In this document: one piece after another, positions 52,731 to 64,000 of the stretch
How positions within the stretch are numbered: the stretch's first letter is position 1
How the letters are laid out: each line of letters starts with the position of its first letter
NCBI RefSeq assembly: GCF_963676685.1
Contig: NC_092351.1
Span: 26,288,001 to 26,352,000, forward strand
DNA: 64,000 nt
DNA from: Mytilus edulis
Taxonomy: Eukaryota
Direction of reading: 5' to 3'
Translations under genes and position numbers: made by a program
The notes under the pieces: generated by a model
Database searches by the model: none
What the model was told of the DNA's origin: nothing
What the model saw: only the letters and a program-made list of their open reading frames with translations

Positions 52731-53915
52731 TTTCATAGTTCAAGCTTTTATTGTGGACAAAGGAGGATAACTACAATATTAAATATCACTTTTAACAATA
52801 AATTCATTGAAACTTGCATAAGAACCAAAATTGATGCACCATGCACAAATTATGTAATTAATTATCTTGACAAGTGTGTTGATACGTATACACATCATTT
52901 TGTTCTTGATATCTAAGTATATATGTATGTTTCATTTATAAATTTCTTGAAAAGTTTATGGTTTAAAATCCTGATTTGCTTACTTATTCTCAATGCTGTT
53001 ATTGAGTTAATACTTGTTTTATTAAAAATGTGTAACACACAAGACCCTTACTGGTATAAGACCAGTGGCATAATTGACATTTATACATGTATGTTAATGT
53101 TTGAATGGACTTAATAACCAGACTGAAGTGAAGGGTAACAAAGTATTGCAACGACTTCCAGATATTGATATATCTTGAACAGAGGCAGATTGAAGGGTTA
53201 GAGTGGAGCATGACTGGAGCAGGCCCCATATTCTGCAGTCAGTGCTGTTGGACCCCCACTAATGAAAATTTCTAGATTCGCCACTGTTTACTACAATTTT
53301 ACCAAAGTAATTTTTCAAAATATGTATTTAGACAATGTCACAAATAAAAAGTGCATTCTGTATTGACCACAGCATAGGAGATTTAACGCTCTCCTTTCCT
53401 AAAATAATGGTGCATTGATCAAGAATCTTGAACTAAGAAGTTTAACTAAGTTACGTGTATCTTCTCATAAGTTACAAATAGAACTAGGTAGATATCAGGA
53501 TATTACTTGAATTAACAGAATATGTAGTAAATGTTCTTCCAATACTGTTGAAGACAAGGCTCATTTTTTATTTGATTGCAACAAATTTGAGGGGGATCAT
53601 GGTGATAGAAATTGTGTAAGCTAGCAAAATGTAATACTTAGTTTAATCATACGATCAGTCAAAACAAAATCATCTAGTTATTTAGTGTAGAAAATGTTAA
53701 TTTACTCAAAATTATATGTAATTTTATGTACAAACACCTTCCTTAGTGAATAAGATAAAGGGAATCTATGTGTGTATGTACATTTAATTGGACATAGAAA
53801 TATATATTCATCTGAATATCACAAACATACTTTTACTAGCTGATTTATAAAAAAAAAAGATGTAATTGTTAAGATACATTTTTTATTCATATGTTCTCTT
53901 ATTTCCTTGAGACAT

Positions 53916-54075
53916 CGGTGGCAGATCCAGAACTTTTCCTAAGGGGGGGGGGGGGGGCTGACTGACCTAAGGGGGGCCCGCTCCAGTCATGCTGCAATGA
54001 TTCCCAATATAATCAACCAAATTTTTCCCACGAAAGGGAGGGCCCCCCCCCCCCCCCCCCCTGGATCCGCTTATG
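53916..54075. mobile_element. hAT-like MITE, 5-bp TSD subfamily
   Basis: CGGTGGCAGATCCAG ... CTGGATCCGCTTATG flanked by GACAT; related copies at ~45204-45357 and ~53190-53286. Confidence 0.82.
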
Positions 54076-57000
54076 GACATCATCCCCTGGTATCAACTGC
54101 ATTCAAGTTAACTATGATGCTTCCTTGTTTGCTTTTGATACAGGTAGGAACGAGACATTTACACACATTTAACATGCCTATGTTTCATAATCCATTGATC
54201 CATCTTATTGTGTACTATATATATATGGATATCTATTCTTTTTTTGGCTGTTTGTTTGTTCTCTATATATCAACCACCATGACCACACTTGCATTAATAT
54301 TATAGATTCTTTATCTACATATGAATTAAGAACTAAAATTGTTGTCCTTAATAAAAAAAAATGGTTTATCTCATTGTTTGTATTGTACAATGTGTTATGA
54401 AAATTATTGATGTTGTAATGTTGATGGAAAGGGGGGAGTGGTCCTGAAATTGAAATCCCAGGGTCAAAAACATGAAATTCCGAGGTCTTGAATTTAAAGA
54501 AATTTAAATCCTGACATCCTGAAATTCGTAAAAAAAAATCCTTAATCTGGAAAGGATCAATCCTGAAATCCCGGGCTTTAAGAAACAACTGATCTGATGT
54601 TCAGAAAAAGATCCTTAACCCCCCTCTTGATGCCCTTTGGGGCCCATAATTGGAAATAATTTAAAATATCTTCTTCTTCTATACAGTATCATCTAAAGAA
54701 AAAAATCCAAAAAGCATTTCAAGACGTTCTTATTATTTGCATGTTGGACTAGTAGAAATCTGGGACCCCCCTTTTTGATGTTTTTCACAAGCCCACCTTA
54801 GCATCAATAGAATATATCAAAATGATAGGATGCCCCTAATGATTATGTTTACAGCATATCTATCTATTGTGAGTTCTTTTCATACAGTAATTCACACTAT
54901 CCTCAACATTCCCAGTAATATTTTAAACCTCGCTTTTATTTTTAAACAGTGTATCGTTCCCTCCCCCTATTTTCACCACACATTCACAGTCATTCATAGG
55001 ATAGTGTTCACTAAATTCCTTTATCTAATGGCCAAGGATAGCATTGTACAATTTCTTACTTTTTAAGGATCATATACACATAATTAATTTTCTAAAACAG
55101 TTTTTTGTCTGATGTTCTGTTTCCACCAGTCTCAGCAACCACAATTCATGGGAGACAACTATGTAAAATATTTTATGGCGGGAAATTCAAAATATTACAC
55201 ACACACATACAAATTTTCTATGATCTTCTATCATGATCTATCATTGGAGGATCAAGAAAATTTTGATGAAAAATGTATTCAGGGAGCTACCATTTGATTT
55301 TTACGAGAGGCCATGATAGGAGTTTTGAGTTTAAAAAAAAGGATAACAATATATGATGTTAAAAAAAGTCAGGATAAACCAAGGTTTAGTATAAGCAAGA
55401 TCTTACTAGACTGTACAAACCCTTGGATAAACCTTTTATAAAAAAGGCAGGACCGAATAGAGTGAAAAATAAAAAAGGCAGAACAGTAATTACAACTTAA
55501 AATGATTATTTCTATTTTCAGTGTTTTGCAATTCTAAATGGGGTCTTAGTTTCATCATCAGTAAAATTACATGATGGTTGGGCAATTTTGTGTTCGAATA
55601 ACACTGGCTTTATCCTCAGACTCACTGAATATAAAGTCAATACAAAAGACCAAAACACAAAAAACTAAGTCATCCAATTAATCTGTTTTGTACGGGAAAT
55701 CAAGGATTTTTATAGTTAACTACTAGTATACAAATCCTTGGGGAAATGAATCCGAAATTGTATAAAATTATCTAGTGATCTTGAGGAAGCTTTTGTTCAA
55801 GTTTCGTGAAAAATTCCAAGAAAATAAAAAAAAAAATAGTCATTGATGCATAACAAACTTTAACCTCACCCAAAGTTGAAGAAAAACGACGACGAAATAT
55901 ATACATTCGTCGTCGGTCGTCGTTTAGGATTGTTAAGTTTCGCCTTCTGACAAAAAAGATGAAAAGAATATTTCAACCAATTGCATAACAAGTACACAGA
56001 TCATTTGATTTTGTGGAACACGAACCCATTCTAAATCCAGGTCCAAGAAATATGGTACTCAAGAAAGGTAGGAACTTTTTCTGAATTTGTCCATGACGTC
56101 TACGGTCATATCCACAAAACCTGAAGTTTAATATAAGATAAGGCGCGGATAAAGTTAAAATAAAGTATAAAACAATTATGCTATGGACAAAATGTCTTAG
56201 TTCTAACTGTGTAATATTCCGAGTATTGCACAGTCAGCTACGATATGCATTATCTACCTCTGATATACCAGGAACATATATATTGAAATATACTGTTCCC
56301 AGGTTATACTCCACAGTTCAAGTGTACTTTTATCTTTAGGGGCGGATTTAGGATTTTTCAATGGGGACAAAGTGCACCCTCCCACTGAATTCATCACCGA
56401 CCTTTCTTTAAATACGACACACATGTAGTTGAACTTTGTAACGTGAAACTTCGTAGTTTCAAAATATGAAAAAGAGTGTGTTTCTCATTCCTTAAACCGG
56501 GAACATTTTACCTTTTATGATAAAGTCTTGTTTGTATGCGATATAAATTTAATTCAATGTAAAACAGATTACTATAAGTTTTATATTTACTAGCTGTAAA
56601 AGAAAGGTTATTTAGAATATTCCTCAAAAATCTTAATTAGTTTTGTGCTCAATTCAATTTATTAGGTTTTTAAATAAGTATTACTTTAAATGAAGCCAGT
56701 CGTTTAAAAAGGAACGTTTGGTACATTATCATCCGTCTATATGTACTATGAATGTACGCCGAAAACAATTTGGACATTAAACCAAAAACGGTTTACCAAT
56801 TTTATTGAAACTTTGGTTTAATTGTGGGCAGTTGTGGATAAGATCCTGAAATATATCCTTATGGTTCTCAATTAATATTAAGGATATTCTGATATATAGC
56901 AAACTAGACAACTTATTGGTGGAGGTCGTAAATATATTCAGGATATCATGACAATTGAATAATGGAGGTTCTTAAATATTCGAGAATGATATCCAAAATC

Positions 57001-57559
57001 TAGGAGTATGATCCGTTATGGAGTTCATGATTTATTGATAATGGCGCGGATTCCGTTTTAAGATGGTCAAGAAATATTTCAAGAGTTCCTTAACACCGTG
57101 ATAATTTTGAAAAAATCTCATACTGTCACTTCAGTTAATAACAAATTGGTGACTAAGTGTGTACTATCTAGCCCATCGAACTTACCAGTTAAGTCTGATT
57201 CGTATCTTGACTTACATCTTGCAATTGACAAAGACTGGCTGTTAAGAATTTATACAACAAACTGAGATATTATTTCATCTTTCCAATTGTCAACTTTACA
57301 TTCCTATGAAGCAACATTCCAGCAGTACCTCCCAGTTGATGTTATAGTAACAACAGAGCCTGACGCTGTATATAAGGAATGTGTGTTTCCTATCATGATT
57401 TCCTTGATATATGTTTTACATATAGTACTAATATATAAAGGAAGCTTTTGAAAAAATGATTCATTATAAATTTAAATTCAGGTGTTTCACATCATTTGTT
57501 TCCAGTAATATTCTATTCAAAGCACAATAACGTAGTCATTCATCTCAAAAGATTTACAA

Positions 57560-59860
57560 TTTTGTATAAAAAACACACTATTCATGTCTCGATGGCGTCA
57601 ACTTAGGCAAATCCTTCTAGATCATAAATTAGTTAAGTCGAAAATACCTCCTTATTTCAAGGGGGTCTCATTGGGGGGTTCTGATCCCGGATCCCGCTTA
57701 CTGTTTTGTCAGATTCCCGTATCCCGCTTACACTTCATTTCGCGTTTTCAGGGCACAATAATTTGACTTTCACGCGTCACGCTTACGAAAAATCGGCAAT
57801 CCCGCATCACGCTTAGACCCCAATGAGACCCACTTTCAAAGATCAGTCTGTACCAATAATTTCTTATACCTATACTAAACCAATTGCAACTAAAAATTTC
57901 AATTACAAACACGTTTTGCAGGATCTCAACATTGACGACTTCGAGTCCGGCTAAACCTCTTGATTGCACCTGTGCTAGTTCCCAATTCACATGTAACCCG
58001 ACTAGCCACGTTATTACCGGAGACCTCAACGTTGTCAATAACAGTTCCCGGCAAAATTTGATATCCAAAGGTCCGAAATATCGTAAGCCTAAATCCATCA
58101 ATGGGAAATACAGCTTCAAAATACTGATGGATTCAGTCGAGGATTATGCCAGGCAATGGACTAAACGCGAGAAAGAAGACGTAGAAACAATGTTACAAAA
58201 CACTTGTTTTATCTCCATGACAAATAGGTTGTTGTCTCTGCAGATAAAGCCCCAAACAACATCATTTTTGTGTGTAAGTATCATTAAATAAACTGCTTGA
58301 TAAATGAATAAGGTATTAACAATTCACTTGGAAACTCAACATATACCCTCACGACACTTACCAAAGAGGAAATCCTGGATAATCATAGGTTTGTTCTATG
58401 TTCTTTGGAATTTCAACCAAAGATGAAGAACTGGATCATCCATCACTAGCTGTATTGGATACACAAGTGTCCTTACAAACAACGGTATATTGCTGGGTCT
58501 TCCAAGTGCTCCACGAAACCTCTTTCTAAATTATTAACATCTATTTTATCAGCAATCAAAGCCGGGCTCCAAATTTATTGTGAAACTGCCTATTCTAAAG
58601 GTGGTGTGAATGAAATGTGGATACTGAAAAATTCCAAAGATCTTTTAGAGTACATACAATCATAGACTATCTCATCTTGCAATAGTATTAAAACATTTGG
58701 CTTTTCTACACTTTACACAAGTATTCCCCATTCCAAACTAAATGACAAATTTAAAGAGTTGGTATTACTTTGTTTCATTAAAAAGAATGGCGAACGTAGA
58801 TACAAGTATCTTGTCTTAAAAATTGGGGAGGGATAAATCCTACTTTGTAAAGAATCACTCTGATTCAAACAAAAAATTATCTGAAACTGACATTATCAAG
58901 ATGCCTGATATCTTGATTGACAATATATTTAAGTTACGTTTGGAGGACGTGTTTTTCAACAGACTGTCGGAATGGGAACCAATTGTGCCCCTCTTCTTGC
59001 CGACTTGTTTCATTATTACTATGAAGCTGATTTCATGTATACAGGAACTTCTTAGGAAGAAAGATAAAAATTTAGCAATATCCTTTAACTTTACGTTCCG
59101 CTATATATAGATGATGTTCTCTCACCAAATAATACACTAGTATGTTGAGACAAGAGATAAAATGATACTTCAGATACAGTTAAGTCTGCCTCATATGTTG
59201 ACTCACATCTAGAAATTGACAATGAAGGTCGGTTTAAAACAAAACTTTACGACAAAAGAGATGATTTCAGCCTCCCAATAGTGAACTTTCCATTTCTATG
59301 TAGCAACATTCCAGTAGCGCCTGCATACGGAGTATATATGTCTCCCAATTGATACGATATTCCCGAGTTTGTATTTCCTATCATGATTCCTTGATAGAGG
59401 ATTGCTGCTCACAAGGAAGCTATTAAACCAAGAGTTCAAAATGTTGACGTTGAAATTATCCCTTCGTAAATTTTACGGACGCCATCACGAGTTGGTTGAC
59501 CGTTATGAAATAACCGTGTCACAGATGATATCAGATATGTTACTTAAGTCGTAACTACAATATTCTTCCCTTTTCACGAATATGACCTACCAAATTAGAC
59601 TATTTGCTGGATTTGTAATAACATAAGCAACACGAATGGTGCCACATGTGGAGCAGAATCTGCTTACTCTTCCAGAGCACCTGAGATTACCCTAAGTTTT
59701 TGGTGGGGTTCGTGTTACTTAGTCTTTAGTTTTCTATGTTGTGTCTTCTGTATACTATTATTTGTCTGTTTGTCTTTTTACTTTTAGCCATGGCGTTGTC
59801 AGTTTATTTTCAATCTATGAGTTTGACTGTCCCTCTGATATCTTTCGTCCCTCTTTCAGA
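57560..59860 (+). pseudogene. Decayed Penelope-like retroelement (reverse transcriptase)
   Basis: Frameshifted RT motifs: KTF(G)FSTLYTSIPH, MGTNCAPLLADLF, FRYI/DDVL, KTKLYDKRDDFS..VNFPFLCSNIP.APAYGVY; N-terminal CxC..HVITGDL; partial second copy at ~57170-57410. Confidence 0.85.
57661..57833. mobile_element. MITE nested in the retroelement ORF
   Basis: GGGTCTCATTGGGG / CCCCAATGAGACCC TIRs; TTTCAA (or TTCA) duplicated; removal restores PPYFKDQS. Confidence 0.85.
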
Positions 59861-61249
59861 AAAGATATACAGTTACGATACTATTGTCAGGTCGTTAAAT
59901 TTTTTTTAACTTAATATTGATTCAATTATAGGGTCTTTGAATCGGAAATAAACAAATTCATTCTAAATTCAGTTGTTGGGATGATAGATCATGATACGGG
60001 TTATGTTCTTCTCGTATATTTTATGGTGGTATGCTACTAACCCACTAAAGGTCGAGATTGTGCTTGATTTTCATACGATGAAGACCTAATTTTCAATCAG
60101 TTTAATTGAGGTCTAATTCTGGCATGTCTGTAACTGGTTGTATAGTCCTTTGTTAAATGATGTATCAGTAATTTTAATTAGTTTCTTCTGTTATCTATTC
60201 TGACATCGGACTTTTTTTATAAACTGAGTTTTACTGTGCGTATTGCTGTGTGTTTGTATATTCTACATTGTCTGGAGATATAATAGGGGGATTAATATAC
60301 CACAAAACAGTCCGATTTAACTCTGCCGCATTTTGTGCAGGTCCTCAGAAGCCTCTTGGCTTTGTTGGTCATTCATTGTTTTTTTTTAATTTTTAGTTCA
60401 TTTTATAAATGATTCAGGGCCAGCTGAAGCCCACCTCCGGGTGCAGGATTTTCTTACCGTGTTAATGACTAACTGGTAGCCTTGGTCTGCATGTCTTCTG
60501 CTATTTGGCCGAGGTGTTGTATATATCAGACACATTCCGCATTTCCATTCTTTTTTTCTCTGAATGTTTACGTACAATAAGCAACAAGATAGGTGGCACA
60601 TGTGGAACACGATATTGCTACCTATCCGAATCACCTTAGATTACCCCTGGTTTCTCGTTGAGTTCTTGTTGCTTAGTATTAACTTTTTCATGTAATGTTT
60701 TTTTTGGTTTCTCCTTAACTTTTAAATTTTGATTAAGTCCTTTTAGTATCTTCTGTCTTTTCCCAAGAATATTTCTCTATATCATTATATTCATTCAATA
60801 GACTCTGTTGTTAAATTAAGCCTCCTGTTTATGGCCATTTTGATGAGCACTTAAAATAGTAACATCACTTCTCAGATTTACTATGTCAGGAACATATTTT
60901 TTATTCGTAGAAGTTCTTTAAATCCTTGCCAACCAAAAACGTTTTTTGACAGGGCTGTCATTTATTTCCTTGTTTAAGTAAGTGATCATCCTGTTGAAAT
61001 TGAAACACTGAATACAGCCAAGGTTTTCAATTGTGTGCTTTTCTATTCCAACATAAGGTTAGATAGCACAAGGCATGTCAAATAATCCCTTCACATTTTA
61101 TATGCCTACTCCAAATCGGGTAAACTGAACCAGAGTTGTTCATTGATTTTTGTCCTTGCACTTCTTCTTTTCTCAGAGCAGTTGGTAGTTGGTCTGTTGT
61201 TAATGTCCATTATTTTTTCGTAATTCCTGCTATCATGACTATCTTTGTG

Positions 61250-61392
61250 TTATAAGAACAAAAGAAGATGCATGATGTACAAAATAAGTCAAAAATATTG
61301 TATTTGAGGGAATCTTGAATTTATAAGAACAAAAGAAGATGCATGATATACAAAATAAGTAAAGAATATTGTATTTGAGGGAATCTTGAATT
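61250..61392. repeat. 71-bp direct tandem duplication
   Basis: TTATAAGAACAAAAGAAGATGCATG... at 61250 and 61321. Confidence 0.9.
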
Positions 61393-62130
61393 CCTCAAAA
61401 ATTCGATTTCAGGTTCTCCTAGGATAAATAAAATCTCATGTGGGTGATTAAAGGGGCTATATCTATGCTTAATCCAGACGTTTTACCTGATCAAATCCAA
61501 ACTTTGCTTAGTTTGGGGGTCCTTAAGCTTCTTTCCCTTTTTTCAAAATTCTGTATTCCCATCGGAGCTCCAGCCTTGACCTCAACTCTTATTATTTGTT
61601 GATCAAGACAGCAAATTGATAAAACTAAAGGCGTGCATACTTGAAAGAACTGCTCTAAAGATATAACTCACATTTTTCAAATTTGTGCATATGTACACAG
61701 ACATGAGAATAATCGGGACCTAGAATTAGTAGATAACCTGGCTAAATTCTGTTTAGTAAGGGTGGTTAGTGCCTAAGGAAACAATACTTCCAATCTTTTC
61801 AAAAACCTTACATAATAAACCAAGTATGGGGGTACTAAACATGCTGATTTGAAATCATATGATATGAAATCATGTCATCTTACACTCTATTGTCAATGGT
61901 CTAAAAAGACACAGAAACATTACAGGAAGCTGTAATCTGTTTAAATACAGAAACAGTTTTATGATTCTGAGCAAAGTATCATTTGTAATTCTTACAACTA
62001 ATAGAAATATTCACTTTAAAATAAGGAATAAAATTTTTGCTTTTGATTGATTATTTTATGTATATATGCAACTCTCAGCACTCTTAGCTATTTTGTCCAG
62101 TTTGTATTCGTGGTGGAAGCTGGATAGTCT

Positions 62131-62237
62131 AGCTTCTAGTACAAGATTACTCTGACGTCCAACAGCTTTTTTGCCACCGCCCCAGCTTGTCTGGCAAAAC
62201 AGCTGTTCAACTTCAGAGTAATCTCGTACTAGAAGCT
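62131..62237. mobile_element. 107-bp foldback MITE inserted in a SINE remnant
   Basis: AGCTTCTAGTAC(A/G)AGATTACTCTGA and its reverse complement form almost the whole element. Confidence 0.8.
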
Positions 62238-64000
62238 TAAATGTGAGAAGAGAACACCATACTATTGACAGGAAAACTTACAATCCTAGTCAATTAAGAT
62301 TGGAGTTTAGCACACATGTCAAACACTGGGCAAGAACTCACAACCTCAGTGTTAACATATTCTTATGCATGGTTGGAAGCTGTAATGTAATCTTTAGTTG
62401 TTTACTTACACATCATTTGGTCTCTGGTTAAGAAATGTCTCATTGGCAATCATACCACAACTTATTTAGTGATACAGTAGATGATCCACATAGACCACTG
62501 CAGCCTTTGTGGCCATCATTTTCTTTTGACCGTCACCAAGTGATCTGATACAAATAAATGGTGTACTATTTTAATGAACATAGCAGATGATATGACATAA
62601 ATACAATATTCCTTTTTCTATTGCACATTGCCGTACATTATTCTTTCCTTTAAACAAACAAACCTAAGGAATGCCAGTTCAAATAAATGTCTACATTCTA
62701 CTCCATACTAGTGTCTTCAATCATTATTAGGCATGACAGAAAAAAGATAGTGTAATATAGAATGCAGAAATTTATCAGGGGCATCCTTTACAAATGAAAG
62801 ACATTTTTTTAACATCACCACTTATTAATTTTTGCATTATCATCAATAACCTTATTTCTTTTTATTTCATTTTGTTGAAATATTATTACTTTATTTTTAA
62901 ACAAATAAAATCTCTTCTGCCAAAAAATAATTAAAACAGGAAGACATATTTGACCTTAGAAACCTGAGATCAGGATTAACCAATGAATATGCAAAAATTA
63001 ATAATAACATTAAACAATACAATGTACAAACATTTTTCATACAATAATAAGTTCCCCTTTGATTATGTTACTATATGTATATAACACAAATTTTCATAAT
63101 AGAAATGTACATCAACTAAGAAATGAAAGCATCAATTTCAAAGTTTGAAACATATTAGAAAATATTGCTTAGAAAAATACTTTTATTTTTTTTGCTTTTT
63201 TGATAAACTTTATCAGAAACCACAAGGATGGAAGAAAACAACAGATAATCAACATACAACCATAAAATTATATTTTCCAAGCCAAAAGTTACAATCCTGT
63301 CCCCTCCTCATTACTGAAGAAAAGAGAAGGGGCCCAGATCATAACCTTAGACTACTGAAGATGCCATTTTACTTTTAACATTTACAAATCACAAGTAAGA
63401 TTTAACAGAGATCCTAATCAACATTACAGTTTTTTCATCATCAACTATTATTTACAATAAGTTAACCCATAGCAGGCTAACCTCGGTACAGTTATACAAA
63501 GGTCATTCGTATAATGGAGAGTTGAAAAAAATATATCAAAAAGCAATGAATTACTACATAAAAACATTAAATATCTATATTTTGTAATGACATATACATC
63601 CACAGTATTGTCTTAAAGCTCAAAACTTTTGGTTTCAGCAGTACTCTATTTCTAATATTTTTCAACATAGAAACAAAATCCTTGAACAATACTCAGTAAC
63701 AACTGCATCAATGTCCAATCTATAACAGGACAGATTTTAAAACTTACCGTAATTTCAAATCGACTAAAATTACAACTGATGTTTAAAAGGGCTAAGACAT
63801 TGTGTAATAGAACAATTGTGTACTATAAATTATTCACAAAAACTCAATGGGTGGACAAATAGATTGCATACTGTATTTTTTAATTTGAAAATAAATTTAA
63901 TTAAATTACTTCTGGATCAACCCCAATCAATTAAATACATATAAAGTTGTTGTCAGAAAAGCATAAGGACTAACAATTGACAACCAGGTGCTCTGCAGGG

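Noticed and set aside
61393-61810. Compositionally distinct segment, possible NUMT or exon
   Set aside because: No recognisable protein or RNA motif in the frames I checked; needs BLAST.

Overview
AT-rich, intron-containing animal genomic DNA whose repeat families resemble those of bivalve molluscs (probably a Mytilus-like mussel; the taxon is inferred, not proven). The main feature is a minus-strand gene that I reconstructed by hand from GT-AG splice sites with consistent phases (ATG 34464 to TGA 1998; 12 core coding exons plus two candidate microexons of 30 and 18 nt; about 1,390-1,400 aa). It encodes a signal-peptide-less single-pass membrane protein with, in order: a Ser/Thr mucin-like ectodomain, a TM helix followed by CC-KKR, three canonical SH3 domains, a ~760-aa Pro/Ser-rich disordered region, a degenerate fourth SH3 and a C-terminal class I PDZ-binding motif (-QSVV). 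A gene encoding a B-box/B-box/NHL-like protein, with an uninterrupted ORF, is nested antisense in one of its introns. Other notable structures: a 1.86-kb Transib/RAG-like non-autonomous element (CACTGTG ends, 52-bp TIRs with a 30-bp palindrome, 5-bp TSD) just past the stop codon; a 75-bp tandem array made from an exon end plus its splice donor; a ~186-bp inverted repeat enclosing a Kolobok-like element; Helitron/HINE-type elements; hAT-like MITEs with 5- versus 6-bp TSDs; a tRNA-derived SINE; and a decayed Penelope-like RT. Most short ORFs in the supplied track are spurious.
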